Below are positions 7,522-17,872 of a stretch of 62,545 nucleotides of DNA, piece by piece. Location: contig JADZEA010000034.1 of assembly GCA_020850775.1 (NCBI GenBank), forward strand, positions 1 to 62,545, in the 5' to 3' direction. Origin of the DNA: a bacterium (lineage in GTDB: Bacteria > CLD3). The position numbers and the translations under genes were made by a program. Under the pieces are notes generated by a model that had not been told where the DNA came from, did no database searches, and saw nothing but the letters and a program-made list of their open reading frames with translations. How positions within the stretch are numbered: position 1 is the first letter of the stretch; each line of letters begins with the position of its first letter.

Positions 7522-9381
7522 TTGCTAATTTTTGACGTGATTGTTATCGGTGCAGGACACGCAGGCTGCGAAGCTGCAAGTGCTTCAGCTCGTAAAGGCT
7601 GCAAAACCCTAATCCTTACCCGCGATCTTTTCACAATCGGAAAACTCTCCTGCAATCCTGCAATGGGCGGACTTGCAAAAGGTCAGCTAATCCGCGAAGT
7701 CGATGCACTCGGAGGCGAAATCGGTAAAATCACCGACGAAACAGCAATCCAGTACAGGCTTTTAAATGCTTCAAAAGGTCCGGCAGTTCAAAGCCCGCGT
7801 GCTCAGGTTGACCGAAATCTTTACCCGCTTTTTATGAAAAAACGAATGGAATCCATCCCAAACCTCACAGTTAAAGAAGCAGAAATCATTTCAGTTCAAA
7901 AAAACAGCGAAAATCAATTTGTCCTTACTTCAGTTTTTGGTGAAAAAATGCTCGCAAAATCTGTTGTTGTCGCAACAGGAACGTTTTTAAATGGTTTGCT
8001 TCACATCGGACTTGTAAACAAAGCTGGTGGAAGAATGGGTGAAAACCCTTCTACCGAACTCGCTCAGTCCTTAGTTGATTTTGGCTTACGTGTCGGAAGG
8101 TTGAAAACAGGAACTCCACCAAGAATTTTGGGAAAATCCATTAATTTTGAAAAATGCCAACTCCAGCCAGGAGATGAAAATCCCGTTTTTTTTACTTTTG
8201 GCAGAAAAAATATCGCTCAAAAACAACTGCCTTGCCACCTGACAAACACAAACAAAACTACTCACGAAATTCTTGCCGAAGGTTTTGAACAATCACCAAT
8301 GTTTACCGGAAGAATTAAAGGGATTGGTCCGCGTTACTGTCCAAGCGTTGAAGACAAAATTAATCGTTTCAAAGACAAGGAAACTCACCAAATTTTTCTT
8401 GAGCCGGAAGGGCTTTTTACGGATGAATTTTACGTGAACGGCTTCTCAACCTCACTTCCGATGGAAATTCAGCAAAAAGCACTTCGCTCAGTTTCCGGAC
8501 TTGAAAACGTTGTGATTTCTCGTTACGGTTACGCAGTTGAGTACGATTTTTTTGACCCGACACAGCTAAAACATTCGCTTGAAAGTAAAGTCGTCAGCGG
8601 ACTTTTCCTCTGCGGACAAGTCAACGGAACTTCCGGTTACGAAGAAGCCGCAGCTCAAGGTTTTATCGCCGGAGTGAACGCTTCAAGTTTTGTGCTTGGC
8701 GAAAAACCTTTAGTTTTAGAGCGTGAACAGGCTTACGTCGGAGTGTTGATTGATGACCTCGTAACAAAAGGCGCCGACGAACCTTACAGAATGTTTACTT
8801 CACGTGCAGAACACAGACTTGTTTTGAGGTACGACAACGCAGAAGACAGACTAACCGAAATTGGTTTTGAAATTGGGCTTGTGGACAAAGAACGCTACAC
8901 AGAAATCAAAAATTATCAGGCAAAAATCCAAACAATTTCCGAGCAAGTTTCAAAAATGAAAATCTCAAAAACAACAGCCAACAAAATCATCGCAAAAGGA
9001 AACGGAAGCGAAATCGGAGACAAAGAGACAGTTCAACTCATCAGTCTGGTAAAAAGACCCGAAGTTACGACGAAATTTTTGCTTGAAGAAATTGAGTTTG
9101 ACACGGAAATTCTGGAATTTTTAGAACGGGTTTTTACAGACATCAAATACAGTGGTTACATTTCAAAGCAGAATGACAGCATAACAAAAGTGAAAAAACT
9201 TGAGGCTTTGGTAATTCCTGATGAAATTGATTACTTGAGCATTCAACTAATTTCCACAGAAGCACGACAAAAATTGCACAAAATCAGACCTGAAAACATC
9301 GGACAAGCAGGCAGAATTTCCGGAGTTTCACCTTCTGACGTAACAACTTTAATGCTTCACGTTTTGAGAATGAAAAACTAA
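7522..9381 (+). CDS. mnmG: tRNA uridine 5-carboxymethylaminomethyl modification enzyme MnmG (GidA)
   Basis: FDVIVIGAGHAGCEAA FAD-binding N-terminus, GIGPRYCPSVEDK, and a 619-aa length. The start codon is TTG. Confidence 0.95.
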   Translation: MLIFDVIVIGAGHAGCEAASASARKGCKTLILTRDLFTIGKLSCNPAMGGLAKGQLIREVDALGGEIGKITDETAIQYRLLNASKGPAVQSPRAQVDRNLYPLFMKKRMESIPNLTVKEAEIISVQKNSENQFVLTSVFGEKMLAKSVVVATGTFLNGLLHIGLVNKAGGRMGENPSTELAQSLVDFGLRVGRLKTGTPPRILGKSINFEKCQLQPGDENPVFFTFGRKNIAQKQLPCHLTNTNKTTHEILAEGFEQSPMFTGRIKGIGPRYCPSVEDKINRFKDKETHQIFLEPEGLFTDEFYVNGFSTSLPMEIQQKALRSVSGLENVVISRYGYAVEYDFFDPTQLKHSLESKVVSGLFLCGQVNGTSGYEEAAAQGFIAGVNASSFVLGEKPLVLEREQAYVGVLIDDLVTKGADEPYRMFTSRAEHRLVLRYDNAEDRLTEIGFEIGLVDKERYTEIKNYQAKIQTISEQVSKMKISKTTANKIIAKGNGSEIGDKETVQLISLVKRPEVTTKFLLEEIEFDTEILEFLERVFTDIKYSGYISKQNDSITKVKKLEALVIPDEIDYLSIQLISTEARQKLHKIRPENIGQAGRISGVSPSDVTTLMLHVLRMKN

Positions 9382-9384
9382 AAG

Positions 9385-10146
9385 TTAATTGTTAACAATC
9401 AACCTGATTCCTTCTAAAACAAGGTTTTGTTCAACTTTTGCAATTGTTTTTGATTTTGTAGCAACGAGTTCCGCAAATCCACCTGTTGCTAAAACTAAAA
9501 TTCCCGAGCTAAATTCTTTGCAAAGTTCAGCTACAATTCCATCAATCTGAAAAGCAAGCCCAAAAAGTATTCCTGCCTGAATGCACTCAACAGTGTTTTT
9601 GCCAATCATTGAATTTGGAAAAGCTAACTCAATTTCAGGAAGCTGAGCAGTTTTTGAAATTAGTGCTGAAAGGCTTGTTTTTGGTCCGGGAAAAATCATT
9701 CCACCAATAAATTTCCCATCTTTTGTTACAACGTCAAGAGTTGTTGCCGTTCCAATGTCAAAAATTGCAATGTTTTTTTCAGGAAATTTTTTGTGTGCTG
9801 CAACTGCGTTACAAACTCTGTCAACTCCCAAAGTTTGTGGGGTTTTGTAGTCAAGTTCAATTCCGGGCAGTGAGTTTACAGTTACCAAAAAAGGTTTTAC
9901 CTGAAAGTTGGTTTCAAAAAAATTAGTGAGTTTTTCTGTAACGGGCGGAACAACCGAAGCAATTGCAACACTTTTCAGGTTTGTAAAATCTTCGCCAAAA
10001 ACATTGTTTTTTTCTTGTGAGTTAAGGGTAAAATCTTCAATTTTTTCGGTTAGAATTCTGAAAGTTTTTAGCAAAATTTCGTTTTCGTAAAAACCAAAAA
10101 CTACGTTGCTGTTCCCAACGTCAATTGCTAAAAATTGCTTTTTCAT
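9385..10146 (-). CDS. coaX: Type III pantothenate kinase
   Basis: LAIDVGNSNVVFG, GVDRVCNAVAA and FDIGTATT motifs in a 253-aa protein. Confidence 0.9.
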   Translation of the reverse strand: MKKQFLAIDVGNSNVVFGFYENEILLKTFRILTEKIEDFTLNSQEKNNVFGEDFTNLKSVAIASVVPPVTEKLTNFFETNFQVKPFLVTVNSLPGIELDYKTPQTLGVDRVCNAVAAHKKFPEKNIAIFDIGTATTLDVVTKDGKFIGGMIFPGPKTSLSALISKTAQLPEIELAFPNSMIGKNTVECIQAGILFGLAFQIDGIVAELCKEFSSGILVLATGGFAELVATKSKTIAKVEQNLVLEGIRLIVNN

Positions 10147-13100
10147 TTTAATTCTTCAAAAGAAAGTTCAACGGGAATGTTCACGGTTTTTACGATTTTT
10201 ACTTCGTGAATTCCAGGGTTAAAATCCATTTTTAAAACGTTTGTTTCAATCAGAGCCTGTGTTTCAGGCGAAACGTTAAATATTTGTAAATCCTCAACTT
10301 TACCTTCTGTTGAAATGGAAAAAATTAACGTTGCTTTGGAATCAGTAATTGTTCGTTTTTGTTCAATCCGTTTTCCTGCCAAATCCATAAAAGCTTTGTT
10401 AAAAGCATTGTTAAAAAGTAAAGTTTCATAATTTTTTACTGTTGGTTTTGTCTCAATTTCTACAAAAGTAACTCCGTCAATTTTTTTCTCCGTGTTTGTA
10501 AGGTTTTGAGTTTGTAAGGAATCAGAAACAGCAATTGAATCACTAAAAGTAGTTTTTAAACTGTCTTTAGAAACTTCTTTTGGTGGTTCTTTGAGTTTAT
10601 CGGTTGCGATTTGTGCGTAAGGTGTGTTTTTAAAATTCTCTTTTAATTCTTTGTACTCTGCAAGTGCTTTTGAAAAATCCTGGATTTTTTTCTCGTAAGT
10701 CCAGGCGATTGCAAGCTGACTTTTTGGAGCAAGCTGGTTTTCGGGATAAGTTTTTACGATTTGGTCAAACTTTGTGATTGCTTCTTTGAAGTCTTCTTTT
10801 TCCCACAAAAAATCTTCTGCCTCGTGAAAAAGCACAAGAACACTGTCGGTTTTTTCTTCTTTGAGAAAGTTTTTTTCACGTTTAAGTTTGCCTTGTCCAA
10901 TCAAAATTTCTTTTCCATAAATTGTGTCAGCAAAGTTTTCCGTTAAAAGTTTTCCAAGCGAATCAGCTACAAGCGAAAGACTGTCCGTTACAAGTTCCAA
11001 GGCACGTAAAGAGTAAAGAGTTTTTGCAACCAAAGTTGAATCTTTTGTGATTTCAAGGACTTGTTTGTAAGAAGTTCTTGCAGAATCATACTTTGCAAAA
11101 TCAATAAAAAGGTATTCGCCTAAAGCAAAATTATCCAAAGCTAATTGTTCACGTTTTTTATTGATTTTAGCAAAGAAACTTTCGTTTTGAGTGTTTGTTT
11201 GGGTTGTTGTTTGCTGCGAAATTTGTTGGTTAGTTTGCTGATTTGTGCTGTCAGTTAAAACTTCTTCTTCTGCCGTTTCTAAATTTTCTGTTTCTGGTTC
11301 CTGAACAAACTCAATTCTTTTGAAAATCTTATTTTTTTCGTTGCTACGGATTTTCCGTAAATCCCAACCTTTCAAAATCATAACTGTAAGCTCAAAATTT
11401 TCGTCTTCAAGCGAAACTTGCGGAGTAACCGGAACAGTTTCTTTTTCTTCGGTGCTTGAAGTTTTATCCTTTAAAATTGAACTTGGTTCTACTTCTTCGG
11501 TTATTAATAAATTGATTTCGTAGTTTGTCAGTGGAATTTTTGCGAGGGAATCAAGAAGTGTTTTTTCAGGTTTTACAGCAAAAACAAGTATCTGAAGTTC
11601 TTGTTCGGTCATTAATCTTTTGGTTGTGTCCGCCTGTAAATTTTCTTCGTGAAAATCTAAAGTATCCGTCAAAGCAAAAGAAGTTGAGTCTTGCAAAGAA
11701 AGGCTGTCGGTTTTTGTTGTGTCTGTTTTGGCAGTTTTTTGTTTTTTGATTTGTGAACTTGCTTCTTCAAAAGAAAGCTGAAAGTTTTTTACTAAGGAAT
11801 CAACTTGAAGAGCAAAATTCAGGGAATCTGTCCACAAACTGTCAAATTGAATTTTAGTCTGTGTGTTTTTCTTTGAGAGTAACAAAAATTTTTCGAGTAG
11901 TTTTTGCTTTGCAAGTGCAGGTTTTGAGAAATTTGGAAAGTTTTGTTGACCGCTGATTTTTGAATAATTTTCCAAGGCTTGTGGAAAATCAAAAAATAAA
12001 TTTTCATTGATTGAACCGAGTTTAAAGTAGGCTTTTGTGCTGTGAACTGAGTTTGGGTAAGAATAAATTACTTCCTGAAGTTCGCCAAGTGCGGTTGGAT
12101 AATTATTTTGTTGTAAAAGCACTTCTGAGAGTTCAAAACTAACTTGCGGGAATTTTTCTTTCAGGTTTCGTTGAGCTAAGTTCACGTTGGAAACATCTTT
12201 TTCAAGAGTTAGTCTGTAAGTGTAATTTTTTGTGTAGTCGGTCAGGAAAAATTCGTTGTTCACGCTTGAAGCAAGGCTAATTTTTTTGTTCAGGTTTTTC
12301 AAAGCATTTGGTAAGGCGAAAAATTGGATAATTTCACCACTTGCAGGATTGATTTTCAAAAGTCCTGTTCCTTTGCGTGTTTTTGCGACGGTCCACAAAA
12401 AATTTGCAGTGAAAGTAATGTTTTCAGAAAAATACGAGTCAGAAAGCTGTAAAAGTCTGTAAAGTGGAGATGGTTCGCTCAAACCAGTTTCGGGATTAAT
12501 TCTAAAAATATCTTTTTCAGGAGTCAGGTACCAAAGCCAATTATTCCCAAAAGTTAAATCACCAAAACTTTGCGGAGTTACAGAGTAATCGGCAGGTAAG
12601 GGATGGAGTTTTTCAAGCCTTGCATTTTGAAGATTGAAAGTTGCGAGTTTTGGCTTGTTTTTATCAAAAACAATTGCCCAAAAATATTTTTCAGTAGTTT
12701 CCAGTGGAATTGAAAATGAAATCACTTCAGAATTGACTGAGGAATTTAAAGTAACTGGTTCTTCAATTAAGGTTGTTTCATTTTGGTTTGCGTTTCTTTT
12801 GGAAATTGGAATTGTGTAGAGAGTTGAATCCTTTAAAACGTGAAGCGAAGCTCTGATTTTTGAGTACCAAACACGGCTTGGAATGATTTTTTCAACGTTA
12901 TCAACTGGATTTTGTGTTTCAAATTTTATTTCTTCGTCACGCTTTCCACCGTCGCCAACAATGTCTCCGTTTTCATCTAAAACCTCATCTCTCTGTCTTG
13001 GTTGGTCTAAAATTGTGTTCACGTTAAAAAGAATTGCTGTAACTGCGAAAAGTTTTTCTTCACCAAAGCTTTCTTCTTTTAGTTTGAGAAGTTCAACAAA

Positions 13101-14120
13101 AATCTTTTTAGCTTCGTCAATTTTTCCTGAAAGTCTTAGTGCTTTTCCTTTTTTGTAATTTTTCTCAAATTCGTCTTCAATTCCGGGCGAAAGTTTTTCA
13201 ATTTTTGTGTACTCTGCAAGTGCTTCATCGTTCTTTCCAAGTTCAAGCAAAGCATCACCAATTTTAAAATGAACGTTGATTTTAATTTGTTTATCTTTAA
13301 TAAATTCAATTGATTTATTAAAATTTACAATTGCCTTTTCAAGGTCTAAACGTAAAACAGCAATCTCTCCGAGTGTCTGGTAAGCATCACCAACCACATA
13401 TTTTTTTTTGCTTTCAATGATTACGTTTGATAAAATTTCCTCTGCCTGGCTTGTGAATTTGATTTTATCGGTTTCAAGTGGTTCTGAAAACCGTCTTTTG
13501 TAAAGTGATTTTCCTTTCCAAAGTAAAGCGTCTTCGCAGAACTTACTTTTTGGGAAGTTTGAACGGAGTTCGTCAAATTTTTGTGTGGATTTTTCAAATT
13601 CCCACTTGTAGTAAAAAGACTTTCCAATCAAAAAAATTGCGTTGTCTTTGTGTTTGCTGTTTGGGTAAAGTTCAAGAAGTTTTGAACATTTTTCAATTAC
13701 CAAATCAAAGTCTTTTTTCTCGTTTGCGTTCAGGTCAGATTTTAATCTTGAAGTATTTTGAGCCATTGAAGAAGTGCCAAAAGCCTCTGTTTTTAGCCTT
13801 TCAAGGTAGGTTCTTTCTGTTTTTTCAAAGAGTTTTTTTGCGTTAAAAAGTGTGTTGTAGTAGGAACGTAAGGATTCTGTTTTATCCCAAAAATAGCCAA
13901 GAACGTAGCCCAAACCTTTAAAAAGATAACCAAAAGAATGTTCCCAGATTGTTCCTGAAATGCTTTTTTGGTTTGTAGCGGTAGAATCGTTGGCAAGTGT
14001 TTTTACAAGTTCAGTAGAATCGTTTTGAGTAAAATTTATGGTTTCAGTTTGGGCTACTTTTTTTGTTGAAGAACAAGCAACAACCGTAAAAAATAAGATT
14101 AGAAAGAAAATTTTTTGCAA
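10143..14120 (-). CDS. Large TPR-repeat lipoprotein of unknown function
   Basis: 1325-aa ORF with a lipoprotein signal (FFTVVACSS). It has multiple TPR/YbgF-like helical repeats, a Q/T-rich low-complexity tract, and a start that overlaps coaX by 4 nt. Confidence 0.7.
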   Translation of the reverse strand: MQKIFFLILFFTVVACSSTKKVAQTETINFTQNDSTELVKTLANDSTATNQKSISGTIWEHSFGYLFKGLGYVLGYFWDKTESLRSYYNTLFNAKKLFEKTERTYLERLKTEAFGTSSMAQNTSRLKSDLNANEKKDFDLVIEKCSKLLELYPNSKHKDNAIFLIGKSFYYKWEFEKSTQKFDELRSNFPKSKFCEDALLWKGKSLYKRRFSEPLETDKIKFTSQAEEILSNVIIESKKKYVVGDAYQTLGEIAVLRLDLEKAIVNFNKSIEFIKDKQIKINVHFKIGDALLELGKNDEALAEYTKIEKLSPGIEDEFEKNYKKGKALRLSGKIDEAKKIFVELLKLKEESFGEEKLFAVTAILFNVNTILDQPRQRDEVLDENGDIVGDGGKRDEEIKFETQNPVDNVEKIIPSRVWYSKIRASLHVLKDSTLYTIPISKRNANQNETTLIEEPVTLNSSVNSEVISFSIPLETTEKYFWAIVFDKNKPKLATFNLQNARLEKLHPLPADYSVTPQSFGDLTFGNNWLWYLTPEKDIFRINPETGLSEPSPLYRLLQLSDSYFSENITFTANFLWTVAKTRKGTGLLKINPASGEIIQFFALPNALKNLNKKISLASSVNNEFFLTDYTKNYTYRLTLEKDVSNVNLAQRNLKEKFPQVSFELSEVLLQQNNYPTALGELQEVIYSYPNSVHSTKAYFKLGSINENLFFDFPQALENYSKISGQQNFPNFSKPALAKQKLLEKFLLLSKKNTQTKIQFDSLWTDSLNFALQVDSLVKNFQLSFEEASSQIKKQKTAKTDTTKTDSLSLQDSTSFALTDTLDFHEENLQADTTKRLMTEQELQILVFAVKPEKTLLDSLAKIPLTNYEINLLITEEVEPSSILKDKTSSTEEKETVPVTPQVSLEDENFELTVMILKGWDLRKIRSNEKNKIFKRIEFVQEPETENLETAEEEVLTDSTNQQTNQQISQQTTTQTNTQNESFFAKINKKREQLALDNFALGEYLFIDFAKYDSARTSYKQVLEITKDSTLVAKTLYSLRALELVTDSLSLVADSLGKLLTENFADTIYGKEILIGQGKLKREKNFLKEEKTDSVLVLFHEAEDFLWEKEDFKEAITKFDQIVKTYPENQLAPKSQLAIAWTYEKKIQDFSKALAEYKELKENFKNTPYAQIATDKLKEPPKEVSKDSLKTTFSDSIAVSDSLQTQNLTNTEKKIDGVTFVEIETKPTVKNYETLLFNNAFNKAFMDLAGKRIEQKRTITDSKATLIFSISTEGKVEDLQIFNVSPETQALIETNVLKMDFNPGIHEVKIVKTVNIPVELSFEELK

Positions 14121-14286
14121 AGTCGTTCCTGATTTTTAAAGTTACAAACAACGGGAAATTTAACTTTCAAACTCCAAAAAGTAAACTACTGAATTTAGAA
14201 GAATTAAAAACTAAGCAGCTAATTTTAACTGATTAACTTCAGTTTTTCAGTGAAAACCGGAAAAATGAAATTTATTAATCTGACAA

Positions 14287-15210
14287 TTAATCATTAAGAT
14301 TAAGTTTTTCAATGATTTCTTTAGCTTTTTGGTAAGGTGATTCTGAGCTTTTCAGTTCAAAGTTTGCAAGTTTTGAGTTGCGGTAAAATTTTATCAATTC
14401 ATTTTCAATAATTTGGTTCGTTTTTCTTTTGTAACGTTCAGTTTGTTTTTGTGTCAGAAGGTTTGTTTTTTCCAAAAATTTTTGGTGTTTCAAAATTTCC
14501 TGTGTGAGTTGTTCGATTCCTTCATTTTGGGAAGCTACAGTTTTTAAAATTGGTGGAAACCATTTTTTGTCGTGAAGCCGGATTTCTAAAACTGATTGCA
14601 AATTAATCAAAAACTTGTTTGCACCTTCTCTGTCGGATTTGTTGAGGACAAAAATATCTGCAATTTCCATCAAACCAGATTTCATCGCCTGAATGCTGTC
14701 GCCAGATTCAGGAACAAGAACAACAACAACTGTGTCGCTTGCCTGAACAATCTCAAGTTCAGTTTGTCCAACTCCAACAGTTTCAAAGATTACGATGTCT
14801 TTTCCTGAAGCAGCTAAAACGTCTCCTGTTTCCTTAGCTTTTAAGGAAAGTCCGCCGAGGTTTCCGCGTGTTGCCATACTTCTGATAAAAACTCCGTCAT
14901 CGTTAAAAATTTCAGTCATTCGGATTCTGTCGCCGAGAATTGCTCCACCGGAAAATTGGCTTGTTGGGTCAATCGCAATAATTCCAACTGTTTTTCCAAG
15001 TTTACGGAAATTTTGGGTTAGTTTGTTTGTCAGAGTTGATTTTCCTGCTCCTGGCGGACCGGTAATTCCAATTCTGATTGCTTTTTGGGTGAAGGGGAAA
15101 AGTTCTTCAAGAAGTTCAGAAGCATTTTCGGAATCGTTTTCAATTGCTGTAATTCCTTTTGCGACTGAAAGTTTGTGCCCTTCTAAAATTTTTTGCGTGA
15201 GTCTGTGCAT
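14287..15210 (-). CDS. meaB: MeaB/ArgK-family G3E GTPase (methylmalonyl-CoA mutase-associated type)
   Basis: GITGPPGAGKSTL, DPTSQFSGGAILGDRIRM, ETVGVGQ and NKSD motifs. Confidence 0.88.
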   Translation of the reverse strand: MHRLTQKILEGHKLSVAKGITAIENDSENASELLEELFPFTQKAIRIGITGPPGAGKSTLTNKLTQNFRKLGKTVGIIAIDPTSQFSGGAILGDRIRMTEIFNDDGVFIRSMATRGNLGGLSLKAKETGDVLAASGKDIVIFETVGVGQTELEIVQASDTVVVVLVPESGDSIQAMKSGLMEIADIFVLNKSDREGANKFLINLQSVLEIRLHDKKWFPPILKTVASQNEGIEQLTQEILKHQKFLEKTNLLTQKQTERYKRKTNQIIENELIKFYRNSKLANFELKSSESPYQKAKEIIEKLNLND

Positions 15211-15301
15211 TTTTTTTTGTTTAATTTTAAAAAATTGTTCAGCAAACTGTGGATTAGACTTTAGCAGATTAGATTTGAGGGATTTTGACGGGTAGTAAGT
15301 T

Positions 15302-16378
15302 TTAGTTGTCTAATCTTTCCATTCTGTCTGCAATTTGTAGTGCTTCAAGAAATTCCTCAATTTCTCCGTTCATCACTGCATCAAGTTTGTAAAGTGTCAG
15401 GTTAATTCTGTGGTCTGTAACTCTGCTTTGGGGAAAATTGTAAGTCCTGATTTTTCCGCTTCTGTCACCAGTCCCAACTTGTAACTTTCTTTGTTGTGCA
15501 ATTTTTGCTTCTTCCTCTGCTTTTTTGATGTCGTAAATCCTTGAAGCTAAGATTTTCATAGCTTTAGCTTTATTTTTAATTTGTGATTTTTCATCCTGGC
15601 AGGAAACAACTGTTCCTGTTGGAATGTGTGTCAAACGAATTGCCGAGTAAGTTGTGTTTACACTTTGTCCGCCAGGTCCTGAAGAACAAAAAGTATCAAC
15701 TCTCACGTCGTTCGGGTCGATTTCAAAATCAAATTCTTCAATTTCGGGCAGTACCGCAACAGTTGCCGCTGAAGTGTGAATTCTTCCGCTTGCTTCAGTT
15801 TGAGGAACTCGCTGAACTCTGTGAACTCCACTTTCGAATTTCATTTTTCCGTAAGCACCTTCGCCTTTCACTAAAACAATGATTTCTTTCAGACCGCCGC
15901 CAATCCCAACTTCGCTTGTGTCCATTTCTTCGATTTTAAAACCTGCCCGTTCAATGTAGCGAATGTACATTCTGTAAAGGTCTGCTGCAAAAATTCCTGC
16001 TTCATCGCCACCGGTTCCGGCACGAATTTCAAGAATTGCATTTTTTCCATCCATCGGGTCTTTTGGAACGAGTAAAATTTTTAGTTCTTCAATAATTTCA
16101 TCAAGTTTTAGTTCAAGTTCTGAAAGTTCTTCTTTCGCAAATTCCCTGAGTTCAGCGTCTTCGTTAGAATTAATGACTTCTTTGTCGTCGTTCATTTGTT
16201 TGTAAACCTGCAAAAACTCTCTGCATTTTGGAACAAGCAAATTTATTTCTCTGAACTCACGTCCAACTTCCTGTGCTTTTTGTCTGTTGGTAAAAATTTC
16301 AGAATCGTTCAGCATTTTTTCAAGTGCTTCACGCCGTTCTAAAATTTTGGATACTTTTTGCGCCATTTTTTCTATCAT
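15302..16378 (-). CDS. prfA: Peptide chain release factor 1
   Basis: GGQSVNTT (GGQ motif), RVPQTEASGRIHTSAATV (PxT-type tripeptide region), and a 358-aa length. Confidence 0.95.
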   Translation of the reverse strand: MIEKMAQKVSKILERREALEKMLNDSEIFTNRQKAQEVGREFREINLLVPKCREFLQVYKQMNDDKEVINSNEDAELREFAKEELSELELKLDEIIEELKILLVPKDPMDGKNAILEIRAGTGGDEAGIFAADLYRMYIRYIERAGFKIEEMDTSEVGIGGGLKEIIVLVKGEGAYGKMKFESGVHRVQRVPQTEASGRIHTSAATVAVLPEIEEFDFEIDPNDVRVDTFCSSGPGGQSVNTTYSAIRLTHIPTGTVVSCQDEKSQIKNKAKAMKILASRIYDIKKAEEEAKIAQQRKLQVGTGDRSGKIRTYNFPQSRVTDHRINLTLYKLDAVMNGEIEEFLEALQIADRMERLDN

Positions 16379-16394
16379 AAAATTTAAAAAATCC

Positions 16395-17396
16395 TTAGCT
16401 TACTTCATTAAAAATAATAATTTTGCTTTTAACTTGCGGGCAGTTTTGGAACTCTTCGTTCAAAGCACTTCGCAAAGCAACAATTGCGACTTCAAGTTGT
16501 TCTGAGTTTGGTTCACTTGTAGTAATTTTTTGTAGCCAAAGTCCGGGTTGAATTAAAATTTTCACGATTGGGTTTTCGCGGTGTTTCCCTGAAAATTTCA
16601 GAAATTCAAACGAAAATCCTGCTACAAGTGGCATAAACGGGAAGTGGACTAAAAATCTTTGGAAAGCACTTGTGTAAGTAAAGTTGTAGTAAGAAGTCAA
16701 AATTGTGTCAATTACTGCAAAAATCAAAATAATTTGGATTGCAACAATTAAGAGGAAACTTGTTCCACAACGCGGATGAAGTGTGGTGTAAGTTTTTGCT
16801 GTTTCAACGTCCATTTTTTGTTCAATTTCAAAAGCGTAAATTGACTTGTGTTCTGCTCCGTGATACTCAAAAATGCGTTTAATGTCTTTCATCAGCGAAA
16901 TTGCCCAAAGGTAAACGAGAAAAAGACTTAGCCGAATAATTCCTGCTGTCAGATTGAATAAAAGTTGGTTTCCGTCAGAGCCAATCAAAAAATCAGCTGT
17001 TTGCAAAGGCAAAAACATAAAAAGTCCAACTCCAAGAAGAAGCGAAAAGACTGTAATTATTCCACCTAAAATCTTGTCAAAAATAGTAGTTGGTTTGTTG
17101 TTTTCTTCCGTTCCTGCGATTTCTGCAGAAAAATTTAATGCTGAAGTTCCGATTTTTAAAGATTCAAAAAGTGAAACGGCGCCACGAATTATTGGCAAGC
17201 CTAATATTTTATATTTTTTTGTAATTGGTTCAAAAGGTGTTTTTTTGACAACGATTTCGTTTTGCGGGTTTCGTACGGCAATTGAGATAAATTTTTTAGA
17301 ACGCATCATTACACCTTCAATCACCGCTTGTCCGCCAACTGCTAAATCTTCTTGTTCAAAATTTTTTTCGGGCATAAAAAATTGCTTTCTTTTCAT
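16395..17396 (-). CDS. DUF1385 domain-containing membrane protein
   Basis: GGQAVIEGVMMR and YHGAEHK motifs plus several TM segments. It sits in the rpmE-DUF1385-prfA order. Confidence 0.85.
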   Translation of the reverse strand: MKRKQFFMPEKNFEQEDLAVGGQAVIEGVMMRSKKFISIAVRNPQNEIVVKKTPFEPITKKYKILGLPIIRGAVSLFESLKIGTSALNFSAEIAGTEENNKPTTIFDKILGGIITVFSLLLGVGLFMFLPLQTADFLIGSDGNQLLFNLTAGIIRLSLFLVYLWAISLMKDIKRIFEYHGAEHKSIYAFEIEQKMDVETAKTYTTLHPRCGTSFLLIVAIQIILIFAVIDTILTSYYNFTYTSAFQRFLVHFPFMPLVAGFSFEFLKFSGKHRENPIVKILIQPGLWLQKITTSEPNSEQLEVAIVALRSALNEEFQNCPQVKSKIIIFNEVS

Positions 17397-17457
17397 TAAT
17401 TAAAAACTACAAAGCCACGAACTACACAAAAAACTTTTGGAAGTAAGTGGCTAAAAA

Positions 17458-17508
17458 TAAAAAAACGGAATTTGTCTTTTCAATTTGATAAGACAAATTC
17501 CGTTTTTG
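17458..17508 (-). terminator. Intrinsic terminator after rpmE (bidirectional architecture)
   Basis: A 14-bp perfect stem, acggaatttgtctt (17466-17479) and aagacaaattccgt (17491-17504), with an 11-nt loop. An A-run and a T-run flank it. Confidence 0.7.
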
Positions 17509-17520
17509 CAGAGAAAAAAG

Positions 17521-17733
17521 CTAATTTTTTTTTGCTTGCAAATTAAATTTTTTCATAAATTTTTCAACACGACCAGCTGTGTCAATAAGTTTTGCTTTTC
17601 CTGTGAAAAATGGATGGCATTCTGAACAAATTTCCACTCCAATTGTTGGTTTTGTTGAATGTGTCTCAAACTGATTACCACAAACGCAGTGAACTTTGCA
17701 AATTGGGTAGTTTGGGTGAATTCCTGTTTTCAT
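17521..17733 (-). CDS. rpmE: 50S ribosomal protein L31 (Zn-binding type A)
   Basis: [13 protein letters not shown]...[10 protein letters not shown] and AGRVEKF. Confidence 0.95.
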   Translation of the reverse strand: MKTGIHPNYPICKVHCVCGNQFETHSTKPTIGVEICSECHPFFTGKAKLIDTAGRVEKFMKKFNLQAKKN

Positions 17734-17872
17734 TGTTTTTTACCTTTATTTTCAATCAAACATTGTTTACTTAAAATAGCTTGAGAATGTAAAATTTTAT
17801 TTTACTTCTGCAAAGAGATAATTTGTAAATTTAAGAAATTTTTAGCCTAAAACCAAAAAAAGTTTTTCATCA

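Noticed and set aside
14287-15210. meaB-like GTPase without an adjacent methylmalonyl-CoA mutase, considered as an anomaly
   Set aside because: G3E GTPase genes can be unlinked from their client enzymes. Within a single window this cannot be told apart from ordinary genome organisation.
14795-15295. 166-aa plus-strand ORF, together with similar long ORFs at 4137..4589(-), 13478..13846(+), 16954..17403(+), 19504..19887(-), 29456..29842(+), 38659..39033(+), 50955..51296(+) and 51926..52279(-)
   Set aside because: Each lies entirely antisense to, or out of frame within, a gene with strong motif support (meaB, M1 peptidase, TPR protein, DUF1385, mgtE, binding protein, IDH, FG-GAP protein). Their translations are low-complexity (Ser-, Phe- or Lys-rich) and have no recognisable motifs.
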